A stretch of 64,000 nt of DNA from Balanoglossus misakiensis (lineage: Eukaryota; Animalia; Hemichordata): positions 11,411,129 to 11,475,128 of the forward strand of contig CM082576.2 of assembly GCA_040954595.2 (NCBI GenBank), given 5' to 3'. This document shows positions 26,762 through 39,100 of this stretch, one piece after another. Below the pieces are notes generated by a model. It had not been told where the DNA came from. It saw only the letters and a program-made list of their open reading frames with translations, and ran no database searches. Position 1 is the first letter of the stretch. Each line of letters begins with the position of its first letter. A program made the position numbers and the translations under genes.

Positions 26762-29494
26762 AGTTGCAGGAGACCAAACAGTAACATACACATATTGAAC
26801 TTTTTTTTATATATATTTGGTGCTGGTGTTGTATTCAATGAACCGAGTTTATCCCTAGAATCTGCCTAAGCAATTATTATTGTGGTTGAAAATTGAAAGC
26901 ATTTAATTTTTTTTATATGAAAACGATCTAGTAACCATTTTCATTTCTTTTCTTGGTAAATGCCATTACTTTGCAACAGTCCAGTAATTATTCAAATTCA
27001 AAGTATGATTCTTTTTTTTGGGGGGGGGGGGGGCAACTGTTCTATAGGGCCCAGCAATCAATTACATCCTAGGTGCATAACTGAAATGTAGCCATGCTGA
27101 TCTTCCAGTGTAAGTAAACTGAGTGGGTGGGTGGATGGGCAAAGGTGAGCGTGAACTTTTGAAGGTTTGTGTAGTCTCTGCCAGATTTACATTTTAATGC
27201 ATTCATGAATGAAGTAACTTACCAAAAGATGCTGTGAGAAGCATTTATTCAAAAGTGAACTAGAGACAATCCACATTGTCAAGCCCATCGCCCAGTCGGT
27301 GACTGCAGAGGTGATGTTTTGTAGCAAGCGTTATATGCTAAGCCATGGCATTGTTTCTTCAAAATGAGTTGTCAATTTTTATACCCACGATGCAATCATG
27401 TGATTTGACTCTCTAGCCTGAGATTAAAAAAACTATTTAAGGTAGTACAAGAATTGATCTCTCAATGCTACATGTCATTGTCATGGATTTTTTGTAATCA
27501 TGGATATGTAGCACGGAATGGCCCCAGCACTCTTTCCAAGAGACTTACAAATATAAATGATCGCTGTCATGACAAGTGAATGTGTGTAGAAATGTTTGTA
27601 CATGACAAAAACAGTGGATACAGGCATAGATTCTACCGTCTGTCTATGATACAGGTCAACTACGCAGACAAAAACCAGATGTTTTTACAACAAAACACAA
27701 TTGTTACATTTTTTGCATCTCATATGGCTGTACATTATAGACTATATTGATTGAGTCATGTGGTGATGATTGCAGCAGGTTGTCTGAATGAAAAGGGATT
27801 AACTGGTGTAACCTCCAGTTCAGTGCATGCCATGTGCGACGTGTACAGACATCTCTTGTAATCCGTTTCATGATGACAAAAGCGCATCCACCTAATTAGC
27901 GTCCTTCTGGGTTTGTTGATGAAAAAAAAAATGTTTGGTGCCAATGTTCATTTCGTATTTGTATTTTTTGATGCATGGAGATTGGGAGGCATTGAATATA
28001 TAGAATGGAAGTTCGTAACATCGAAAAGAGCAATACAAATTCATGGCATCATTAATTTAGGTAGTTGGTAGTGTTTTTCTGGAGAAAAAAATTGTGACAC
28101 CCTGTCACAAGTTGGTGGTGGTAGTGAGACATTCCTACGTGGCAGTTGTTAAAAAATATATAATGTTTGATTTTTCTCAGCCAGTTATATCGTTTATGAT
28201 TCCATGCTTCAGAAGTAAATTATGAGACCTGTAATTTTCTCTTATCAATGCCATATGGCATGGTTTTCACGGCTGCTCAGGATTCACGAAATTACATTCA
28301 AAAAGCTATTAAAAACGAGATCGATGTAAGAGGTTTCACTCACAGGGTCAAGCAATCACTGCCACTGATGTGAGCATAATGGGAATCTCGCACCCTGAAG
28401 CACCAGGGATAAGATTTCTCACGCACGTTTTGGGGGCCCCCGGGGGGGGGGGGGGATATCGACAGTGTGGGATCGATCGATTTGATCGTTATTCATGATA
28501 CCAACAGCAGTAAACATTGGCGCTGGGTATGATTCCAATAATTCTTTCTATGAAAGCACTTTGTTTTAGTTGCTATCAACGATAGCGACCATCAAATAGA
28601 GATGTGGGGATGTAGTAAGCTTTATAGGCATACGCAGTTCCTCGTGGTTCACTTCAACCATCAGGGATATGTGGGAGGGTGAATTTCTACAGTACAGAAT
28701 AGCCTGTCAGGCCCATACCCCCCAAAAGACTGATAGTGTATGTTGTTCAGTCTGCACAGAAAAGGTGTGCATTAGAGACAAGTTTGGTAATTACAGCAAG
28801 TCAGTGATATATAGATTTCTTTTTATGTATAGACCATTTTCTCAGACTGGACAGGGTTTAGTTTATGTTTCAATATATATCAAGACTGCTTTTTTGTTTT
28901 CTTTGGTTTTACTTTCCCAACCTTATGGATTTGTCTTTTAGGTCTTAAAAATGAGAAACAAAAACAGGTCACTCTTGATCTGTCATATAGCAATACATGT
29001 ATATATTGATTGAAGGGTTACTTGTATATGTATGTAAGTAGTCCTATACTGGTATGCAGAAATCTTCTGTATCTCACGGAGAGAGTGTTTGCTCTCCTGA
29101 TAAATGAAGTATGATGCATTTTAGGTAGAAATATTTCAGTTTTGGAGATGTGAATATGGATCGTTACTAGCAAAAATAATGTGGGCATTTCAGTTTGTAC
29201 AGAAAATTCTTTTGACTTTCAAAAATATGGTACAGTACGGTACTGGTTTCTGTAGTTCTTATTTTCCCAAGGTCTTCTGTTATCTTTCGTTAATGTCACT
29301 ACCATGTTTTTTATTTTTATATTGAATGAAGAATGAACATTACCTGGTTTGCCAGTTTAGACACAAACAAGCATTTTCTAAATTGTACTTTTATGTTGAT
29401 GTCATCAGTCGGGCTGTATATGTAATTTATTTCCTGAAGGTTTGTAATTATTTTTACCAGACTGTTCTGATTATGTCCTGTTTACTTGTACTTG

Positions 29495-29648
29495 TTAAAG
29501 GGACAGAGTCGCTATCTTTTTGACGTTGTTTAGGTTGCATTTCAGCAGAGAAGAGCATGCTGTATGGAGTAGAACAAGAAATTGCATTTAGTACACAGAA
29601 CAAAAATACTGAAAATATAGCCAAAAGTTACAGCTAATGTCCCTTTAA
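29495..29648. mobile_element. ~150-bp TTAA-flanked MITE (Kolobok/piggyBac-type target site)
   Basis: TTAA-AGGGACA (29495-29505) ... TGTCCCT-TTAA (29638-29648). Confidence 0.65.
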
Positions 29649-30328
29649 CAGAGCTCTAACTTGAAAAATAATTATTCGGCATAATTGTGGGATCAGAACA
29701 ACAAATAAGTCACGACATGAAATGGAAGTCAACATTTAAATATCATAAGTCAGCGACTTTGTCCATTTTATTTAGAATTTCCAGGTTGTAATTTTTAACT
29801 TGAACCCAAATCTGGTGAATAAATCAAATGTAAAATTCCACCCAGATGTGATATGTTTGAATGACTTTCTAACACCGGGGTTACTCTGGTTATCCCGGAT
29901 TTATCAAAACTTCTCATACGTATTTCGCTTTTTTGTGAGGGGTAGCTAATTTTTGTCGTCCATCAAATAGGGTAAATTCAGCGACCCCCCCCCCTCCTGA
30001 GAAACCGACCAGTCCCTAACTATGATGTTTGCCCTAAGGTGTAGAGCGCCCCCAACAGAGCGTGTAACTTATCTCGTTACAGATTGTTTTTAGCACGAGG
30101 ACATATGTGCGTAGTAAAAAAGCAATATTAAAAACGAAGTATTTTAGAAATCACTCATCAAAATAATTTCCTGTGTAAATTTAGTATTGTCTGATAAAAA
30201 AAAACTAGCATGTAAAAATGCAGTCAGACAACAGTTGGGTGACCCGGCTCATGGTAACTGTGCCTGGCTACATCAATCTTGATCGTTATTTACGTACAAA
30301 AATGTAATCGTTTCGGAAGAAATTTTGA

Positions 30329-30911
30329 TCAATCATTAGTGTCTGAAGAAGAGGACCCTAGACATGTTTCGTTTCCCTCCATCACACATTCCCCGTCGTA
30401 CAGAACCGACTCGCAACGCAGAGTCCCTAGCAACAGTTGCCAAGCTATGGAAATACTCCAGACTTCGGTAATTTCTGTCGAGTTGTCGACAATTATGGCG
30501 CAGTCCATGAGGAGTTCGGGAAAAGCCAAAAGTGCGATCAGCCGGAAAACGTGCATTGCGATGAAAACGGCCATGCATATGGCCGATGCGCTGTACATGA
30601 AATTGGTGTAGTGTTCGTCGAAACTGGAAGGCGCCCTCTTTCGCCTCTCCCTCATTTTGAACAGCGCCCGCCTCCTCCTTTCGCGGTACTTTTGTAGTTT
30701 TGCTTTCAACGTGTCGAGTCCTCCTTTCAGTTCATCCATTTCATTCATGAATTCCTCCTCTTCCGCCAGCGTCTTCAGGAATTTGGTCTTCGCTATAGCT
30801 CTTCTGCGTCTCTGTAAGCAAATTTAAATGGTAAACTATTAATTTGTCAATTCATATTTTATTGTGACTAGGCTACATATATAATTTAAAATTAAAGTTC
30901 GGACCAACAGA

Positions 30912-31008
<97 letters not shown>

Positions 31009-33239
31009 TCTCTTCTTTCTCTCGCTTTCAGTGTCCGTCCGTCTGTCTGTCTGTCTGTCTCCCCCCTCCTTCTCTCCAAGATAAGACCATTTCTCAGTGA
31101 GTGTGAATCGGATTGTAAATATTCTTTTTCGGGGTCTGAGCGAGCCCTATTTTAGTTGGTTAGGAATATCCAACGCGCCATGGCCAACCGTCTTTTTGTC
31201 ACCTAAATAGCACCCTCGTAGACTTGCCGCTTACAATCACAGTGCAATACTGAACCTGAAAAATCGCTTCAAACGCGAACAAAATTAAAGCAGACCATAA
31301 ATCCCACGTTGTTTATATGACTTGTCGACACCTCGACCTACATTAAAATTTATTGGATTTTTGCATTCACCGGTGTTGCAAGGGAAATTTATGAATAGTA
31401 ATTTCCCAAGAACGTGATTTCAGGATACCTCCACTAATGCTAATGCATGGGTCGAGCGCTTTCGGTCCACGTTGTAGGTATTGAAGGCTGGGCGATGGAT
31501 GTTGGTAACAAAAAAATACGCAAGAGCCTTTACAAATCCTTCCATTTCCGTTTTCCAGTCGTATATCTCATTAGCAACTGTGTGATGACATTAGGCTGGT
31601 TTTTCACTTACTTTTTATTATTATTTCGCTTCTGTTAGTTAGCAGTCAACATTAATGCGGCCGAAACTTTAAATTCAAGGTGGTTCCGGGTTCTTTTTTC
31701 AACAATACTATCGGGCATCGCATACATATAGAAAATGTGATTGACGACAACACAAAGAAAAGCCTTCTTGAATATGTGTTTTCATTTTTGTATCAGATTT
31801 TAGGAGATATTGGCTTTTACAAATAATGTCTTGCTGGGGGAAATGAGAATATTTCATTTTAGCGACAGTGGTCCTGTGAGTGATATTCACACGACAGATT
31901 GGCCGTCTGTAAAAACAAATTCGTGACCCAGCTTTGATTGTTTGTGCATTTTTTTTCAAGTTTTATACCTTCATTGATTTATAGGATGATCAACCGCCAC
32001 CACATGCATCATACCAAATTTGACCTTAGAGGGCGGAATCTAGCGAAGAAATTCGGGTAAGTCGCAAATAATAACGCAGACAACCTGCAGCAGGAAATGG
32101 AAATTCCCAAACGATGCTGAAAAGTTCTTTCCGCCTTTGCTTCGAGCAGTTTGTCACCGATACGCCCCAATACATGTATTGCGTGATAAAACACATGTTG
32201 TCCGCAATTAGAATGGTGCCCTGCGGTTCCTATAATTAGTCACGATAACCCCGGTATTTGCATACCACGTATTGTCTTTCTGGGTCAGTTTCCATATGTT
32301 ATTGGATTGTCGATGCATGAGGAGAGGCTTGCTATATTTATACATGCCATGCGTTTAACGTGCTCCATGTAATAATTATATAATAAATATATTGGGATAG
32401 CAATAATTACTTCGGCATACCATATCGGTCCCATGTTATTTTTGTCGTAGACGCGTGGCAAAACTTCCACATCACCACGACTACGATTGTAACACACCCA
32501 GTCTCACTCGTGTCCGTCCTCGAATATATATATATGGACCACATTCGATGCGTCGACACAGAAGACGACCCTTGACCTCTTTATTCTTGTGAAGATAGGT
32601 CATTTGTGTAGTGAATGAAAGGGGATCTCTGTTTTATTAACTGTATATTAATCACTCAATATAGCGGCCAGCTTTCTCTGGTCAACAGCCGCGCCTTCGT
32701 GTCGTATATGACTTATAGCGTTCATCAGCACAGCTGCTGCAGTAAATATTCGGTCGTGTTGGCAATGGTGACACACAGTTGGCAAAAAAACCGTCTTCCC
32801 ATGGCCACCATGTCTATTCTCCCATTTCTGGGATCGTTTCGGGTCACGTGCATAAACCAAGCTTTTTCGTAGGATCCATCGGAAACACCGCGTGCAGAAA
32901 ACGAGTAAAAATCACGAACTTGGTACCTATGATATGATACGGATTTGATACTGAGCATGACAGGGAACAGTATTTGATCAATGATATGCGCTGGGTTACG
33001 GAGAAGAGTACCTGTTGTCAATGTATCATGTCATCAGTCATCGGCAAGCGAAAGAAATGTGACCCCCAACGAAGCGTTTTACTCATTAATAGTGATTTTT
33101 CACATTTCTCACTCAACTATTTGACACTTTTCAATATCTATGCAAAGACCATTTTCGATAAAACACACAGGACGTTTCATTTTCGTATACCGCCCTGCAT
33201 ACTCACCGCAGCCAGTTCTTCCAAACTACCCGTCTCCAT
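30329..33239 (-). CDS. Uncharacterised coiled-coil/basic/single-TM protein, paralog A (~171 aa)
   Basis: Terminal exon 30329-30811 (acceptor TTTGCTTACAG, 161 codons with stop). Candidate first coding exon 33207-33239 (ATCATGG start, donor GCG|GTGAGT, phase 0): METGSLEELAA|RRRRAIAKTKFLKTLAEEEEFMNEMDELKGGLDTLKAKLQKYRERRRR...FMYSASAICMAVFIAMHVFRLIALLAF... Confidence 0.6.
30912..31007. repeat. (CAT)32 perfect microsatellite
   Basis: 96 nt of uninterrupted CAT in the intron of paralog A; source of the poly-Met ORF 30873..31079. Confidence 0.97.
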
Positions 33240-35213
33240 GATGAGTCGATCTTCACCAAGGGGAAAACCAATCCCGTAGTCTGACCCTGGATCGTGTCCA
33301 AACTGGATGATCTAACCGAGTGGCTAATTGCCCAATAATAAGACCCAGGTGTTGAATCAAGGGAGGCAACTTTTAATAAGTCGACGTGGTCCGCTTCGGC
33401 CGGTTGAATAGTTCCAATTCAACAGCGGGAACAATTTAGTGTCGTTGCCGCGTCAGTCTGAGTATACTGACCCCGTTGTCTGCTAGCTATAGCTGGACGC
33501 AAACGCAAATGCATCCCACACCAACGCCAACATTCCGCGAGTTCCGTCAAGACTACTAAAATAGCGGTGGGATATTACACAGCGTTGAATGAGCCGCAGA
33601 CAGTACTGCACTATCACAACACGCTGGTGTCAATGACGTGACTTTTTTTTGCGTTGCAAGCAGCTCACAAATATTTGAATGGCTGGCTTAACAATATCAA
33701 TCAATCGTAAAAAGGTCACCGCCGCCGTACACACACATAACCACACATCTCATTTGCGATTGTAAACGGCCGGCCGGAGTTTGGTGTCTGCGGTAGACTA
33801 ATGAAGGCTAGCGCCATTGACTTGCGGAATTGCATTTAAATAGGGCGTGTTTGCTTCATTTACGTCAAAATCGCTTTCTTCAAGTTTTACTTCAACGCGC
33901 CGTGTTATATCACTTCGCCTATAGTCACGCAATAGATTTAAATTGCAATGCAATGACTCCAAGCAAAATGTTTATTTGCACCAGTCTGACCAATAAAAAA
34001 GGATATTCTAATAGATTAATATGGTTTCCAAGTGAAATTCCGCGTCACGGAATACCATGTCACGATATTGCGTGGAAATAACTAAATAAATGAATGTTAA
34101 GTAATGTTAGTCATGCTTTGATGTTTGTCTGTTTTATTCGCAAATATATGTTTTGCGGACGTTTGCATAACATCGTCGGAATCGTTTCATAATTTTTCTT
34201 TGTTAGCCTGCAATATTGTTTGGTTAGTCTTTGCTTTATTGCGCCGACCCAGACATTATGAATATTGTCAGACGACGTAACACCTTCCCTGTACGTGTAA
34301 CGGTAAAGTGATAATCATGCGATTATGGATGTATATCACAGACATTCACGCATTATTTTGTCCAGGTGTTGTTTACAGGAACGGAGCTATCATGGGTTCA
34401 ATGCCATCGTACTGGCATTTTCTGGCGGTCCTACGACTTTTATGGTTGATTTTTCGTGACTCGTGATTTTGTCTGCAAGTACTTCTGGCATTATTTTATA
34501 TGCAAATAGTACTTTTGACATGCAAAGAATTGTCGGAAACAAAGATCGGTCATAAAAAAACAGGGCCACCAGAAAATGCCGGGGGGAGGATCGAAGACCC
34601 GTAACTAACAACTTGGAACTTGAAGGGTCGACTGACACACCATTCATCATGGCTCCGTCAGCACACTGGGGTGAATTCTCCATGGAAACGACAATCATCC
34701 GAGACGACTGCGCCAATTGTAAGACGTTAGATTATCCGATGAAAAGGAGTACGTTAGGTGATACTAGAATGGGCTTTGCGACAGCGTGATATCAAAATCT
34801 GTAAGGAAGTAGATTGGTGGCAACTTGTAAATGTAAAAAATAAAAGTAAGAATCTCGTAACTGCGAACTTGAAAATGGCGACTCGTATTATAATCATGAA
34901 TAAAGACTTTTCATTTTTTATTTTCACAAATGTCATATTTTGGAGATTTTTAAAACTATTTTCACTTCACAACCTGGTCTTGACGGACTCAAATTGAATG
35001 ATTGGACCGGAAATTTTTCATCTTTCCTGTTTGGTCGTCAATTAACAGTTGTGACGTTAAGCATGACCCACCCTGACAGTGTGTGGGGCGCGCCCTAAAA
35101 GAGACAGCAAAATAGCTGGAAAGGATATAGCGTGAAGCAGTGGCCTCCGAGGGAACTTTAACATTGCAATGATTCAAATGTTCGACAACAACGATATCCC
35201 CCAGGCATGCTTT

Positions 35214-36182
35214 TCAAGAAACAAACGAATCCGTCGGCGTGACGTCACCATAGGCCTCGTTGATCATGCCATGTGTATGGTTGCCATAGTAATAGTTATA
35301 GTTCCTGATGACAGCGACACGCAGCAGTCGGAACACGAACGAAATTATCAAGATGAAGAGCGATATCGCGGTGAACACATTTATAAATCTTAATGTCTTT
35401 TCTTCTTCTTGCCTTTGTCGGCGTTTCTCCAGCCTTTTCCGCTGGGCTTCTTCGCAGTCTTCAAACATGAACTGTAACCTCTGCAAACGATAAACAGAAG
35501 AGACTGCACGCAAGTTATACACGCACATCAACGGGCGCAGGCCCGTCTATAAGATACCATTGCACAGTAACTGGTGTAGAGCGCCACCAACAGTCCTTTA
35601 GACTGACAAGGTTTTTGTAAGCCCCCCTTTCAACACGTACAGCTATATTAATTCAATTACAAAAAGTCACAGAAAGAAATATCGATCCTGTAAAAACGAG
35701 TTAGACCATTCATAGGATATTTTCTCTTAACTTCAGGATCCACATATTTCAATAAACATTTCAAGGTTCAAAGTTTGAGTGAGACGTGCAATTGTGACTT
35801 TTCTACGCTCCTAGTTCCAGATACCGCGTGATTGGCATAATTTGTTGATTATATATATCTCTACAGGGAATTGTTAAAATAGGACTTTTTTTATTTTTGG
35901 TACACAAATACGCGGCACCGTATGAGTGGAACCACAGACATTGATTACTTGCACCGTCTGGCAACCATGATATGACTGGTGGCCGCGGCAACTCGCCAGG
36001 CCGTTTGTGGCCGATCTACTACGAGTAGAAGATATCCAACAGAAGAAAAAGGTTATCACCTGAAACCGATCTTGAAGCGCCTCCACAGCATCCCTGATAT
36101 CCCGCTCTGACGTCACACGCGCGGCAATCTTCTCATACTCCTCATACTGTTTCCCATAGCCACTAGGCTGCTCGGGCGATGC
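35214..36182 (-). CDS. Uncharacterised coiled-coil/basic/single-TM protein, paralog B (5' end unresolved)
   Basis: Exons 36060-36182 (TTTGCAG acceptor, CAG|GTGATA donor) and 35214-35480 (TTTGCAG acceptor), both phase 0: ASPEQPSGYGKQYEEYEKIAARVTSERDIRDAVEALQDRFQ|RLQFMFEDCEEAQRKRLEKRRQRQEEEKTLRFINVFTAISLFILIISFVFRLLRVAVIR...*; aligns with paralog A. Confidence 0.58.
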
Positions 36183-39100
36183 CTGCAAAGTTTGAGGATG
36201 TGAAACTTCGACTATGAGTATACGAGAAATCGCGTCTAGGCCTACATGGTGTCCGCAGACATCCTCCGATCGCTGTTTGAAAATAACATTAATGTGAAAA
36301 GCGTGCGTGTTTGCATGAAAAGACACCTGCGTGTTGTTCACGGCTAAGGAAAAAAACAACTTGACAATGGATTCGTCCTTCAAAATTTCACCCGAAAAAA
36401 TGTCGGTTTTTTTTTCATAGTAACCACGGTTACTGAGAAAAATAACCGTGGCGGAACTGAAACCACGTGGCTGCTTTGAGGTATTTTATTAACCGGGCCG
36501 ATCCTGATTTCCTTCCACCGTGGAATCAAGAGTTAAACGGGCCAACGTATCCACACCACAATCGATCTCATCACCATCACATTGGAGTAAAAAACTCTTC
36601 AACGGGGTGGGGCTATCTTGATCGAATGAGCCACCGCTCGAAGAAACAGTCACATCAAAGCAAACCGCCGATTGTAAAACGCGGATTAAATTAGGAAATG
36701 GTGAGGTTATTCGTGCATTACATAACGATAACGATATTATTCACACGGTATAGCTCGCTGCGGGTAGCTTCACGAATCCGATATTTTCGATTTCGTGCTT
36801 TCCCAGATTTCTTATTCTCATTGATGTAGCACGCGTTAATTAAAATCGCAATATACTAGTATACAAATGTATAATAATACAATGGTTTTCGCTTTGCATT
36901 GAAAAAGCGATGCGTACATATGCACACAATTATTCGAACAAACCCCGTCGATTGTACATCGGCATGTTTATCGATATGACATTTTGTCACTTCACGGACT
37001 TCAACAGAATCGACTGTCGTGAATTAAACATTCAGAATAAGGGTTGGATTATCCGGATATAGAAATTGATAACATATCACCGCAGTCACAAGGGACACCG
37101 AATTGAAATAAAATCTCCCGCGGCGGGTAACTGTGTTGTCTGCCGATGAGATTCTTTTTTATTTGTTCGGATTTCAAATGCAACAAATATCGCGCTCGAT
37201 ATTGCGTGTAAGTCGATTACTTTGAGGGCGTGCTGGTCGCGCATTCACCATCAGCGCCCGCATTCTTCGGGGTTTTTTTACCCGCCGAATATCGACAACA
37301 TCGATTGGTTCTCACAGCTGCATTCACACCAATCGTCGGTCTTGTGAACCGTTCTCTCGCATTTGGGACAAAAAAAATCCAATACGCAGCAGCGCTGCGA
37401 TTCTATTCTTTGCAACGGTGTTTTCAGCTGTCTCGGGACACCTTACAGCTAGGTTACATCCTCCGCTTGGATAAAGATCGTTCGCCTCCCCGGCCCGAAG
37501 TGGAAATAAAACCAGAACATTAGTCTTTAAATCGCAAACATTTTAGATCGAAACTGGTTCGAGATAAAAAGAAGCCAAACTGGCGACGGAAATTGACTTT
37601 AAGTGAATTTCCATGAAACGAGTGAATGGCTTTTATGAGAAGTGTATACCGAGCACGTGACAGAATGTGCTGAAACTAAAAATGCCCGTGGAACATCAAA
37701 GACGCCGCTGCATTTCGACTGTTATAAATTTATCAATCGGTAACGCAGCGCATTGACTGATTAAATCCCTATATATTGACTCTACATTCGGTGACACCGG
37801 GATCTTACGGATCGCTGACATTTCTGGCTTGTCGATACGTGATGTGTCGGGCACACGGTTGAAGTGCGTGCACCTTTGAATGAATAACACGATATCTATT
37901 TATGTCTATGTATTCTTGTTACAGGAAACAGCCGCCGTCACCTGTTATTGTGTCATCGACTGAATCCGATATAGCGCTGGTCCCTGCTATCGATTTCTTC
38001 ATTCAATACAATACACCGTAGTTTTTTCCCTCTTGAACCGTTCTTAGTGGAGGAGTGGGTTCGGGTAAACGTCGCTACTGATAAAAATCCCAATTTTCTC
38101 TAGCCACCCTCCCCAACCCCCCCCCCTCTAACAATCACCCTTACATGCACATGTCTACCATACGATTGCATTGGGTCTTGAAGCACCTACTTGGATAATA
38201 GACGAGGTCGGTCAGCGCAAGTCAATTGCTTTTTTTCTAAAATATATCTTGACTTCGCTTTTGACTCTGTCAGGGATGACGTGCGTTATTCCGGGAGTCG
38301 GATCTTCTGTCTCCATCGGTTAATGTCGGCCGCGAGTTGTTGACAAGACTCCGTCTCTGAGAATGCCGGCAAACCTCTGAACTACCGTCGGTGCACCACG
38401 TTGAAGTATCTGGGATCCGACAGGCTTCATTAAGTTGAAACAAAGACGCTGGCTTCAGACCTCGGGGCGTCTCCGCGTTAATGTATTTTCGTGTGCACTC
38501 TCGCGGAGGGGAGGAAATTCGAGCACAGCTGGCCGGAAAGAGGTCAGGTATAAGACAGTAGAACAGAGAAAGGAGTCGGGTTTCACAACACAAGAAAACA
38601 TACTGACTAACATAACATTCCACAGGGCTAGGAAACGGTCTCTCCCCGATGAGTAAATTTACAGTATGTCACCTTCCTATTGTTCGGAAGGTCGGCGTGA
38701 TAGTATTATAGCACATCACTTCTGGGAGACTTCTGTCTTCCTTCAAATAACGCTCGCTTAATCAAGATTTGCGACGTCTAATTAGAAAGTTTTCGTTTGC
38801 ATGTAGAATATGATAATAAAGTAACCTATTAACTAAACAGCAATGAAAACGACAGACAGCACTTTTGCCATTTTGTAGGTCTAATATCCGAATAGTCCCC
38901 CGGGGGTGACCAGCATATTTAGAGAAACACAGACAATAAATATCTTCTAACATGTACTAAGGAAGCTTACCATAATTCTATGATCTCTATCGGATCCAGA
39001 ACTCGTCACTTTGTTCTGTCGACACGTCCAAAGCTCCCAGGGATAGCTTTAATTGCTTTTTGCGTGGCGTACGCGGATTACAATGGCTCTGTGTTTGATG

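Noticed and set aside
30873-31079. Poly-methionine ORF
   Set aside because: Translation of the (CAT)32 microsatellite inside an intron.
34390-34716. 108-aa minus-strand ORF between paralogs A and B as a possible third paralog
   Set aside because: No coiled coil, basic cluster or shared TM signature; non-ATG start.
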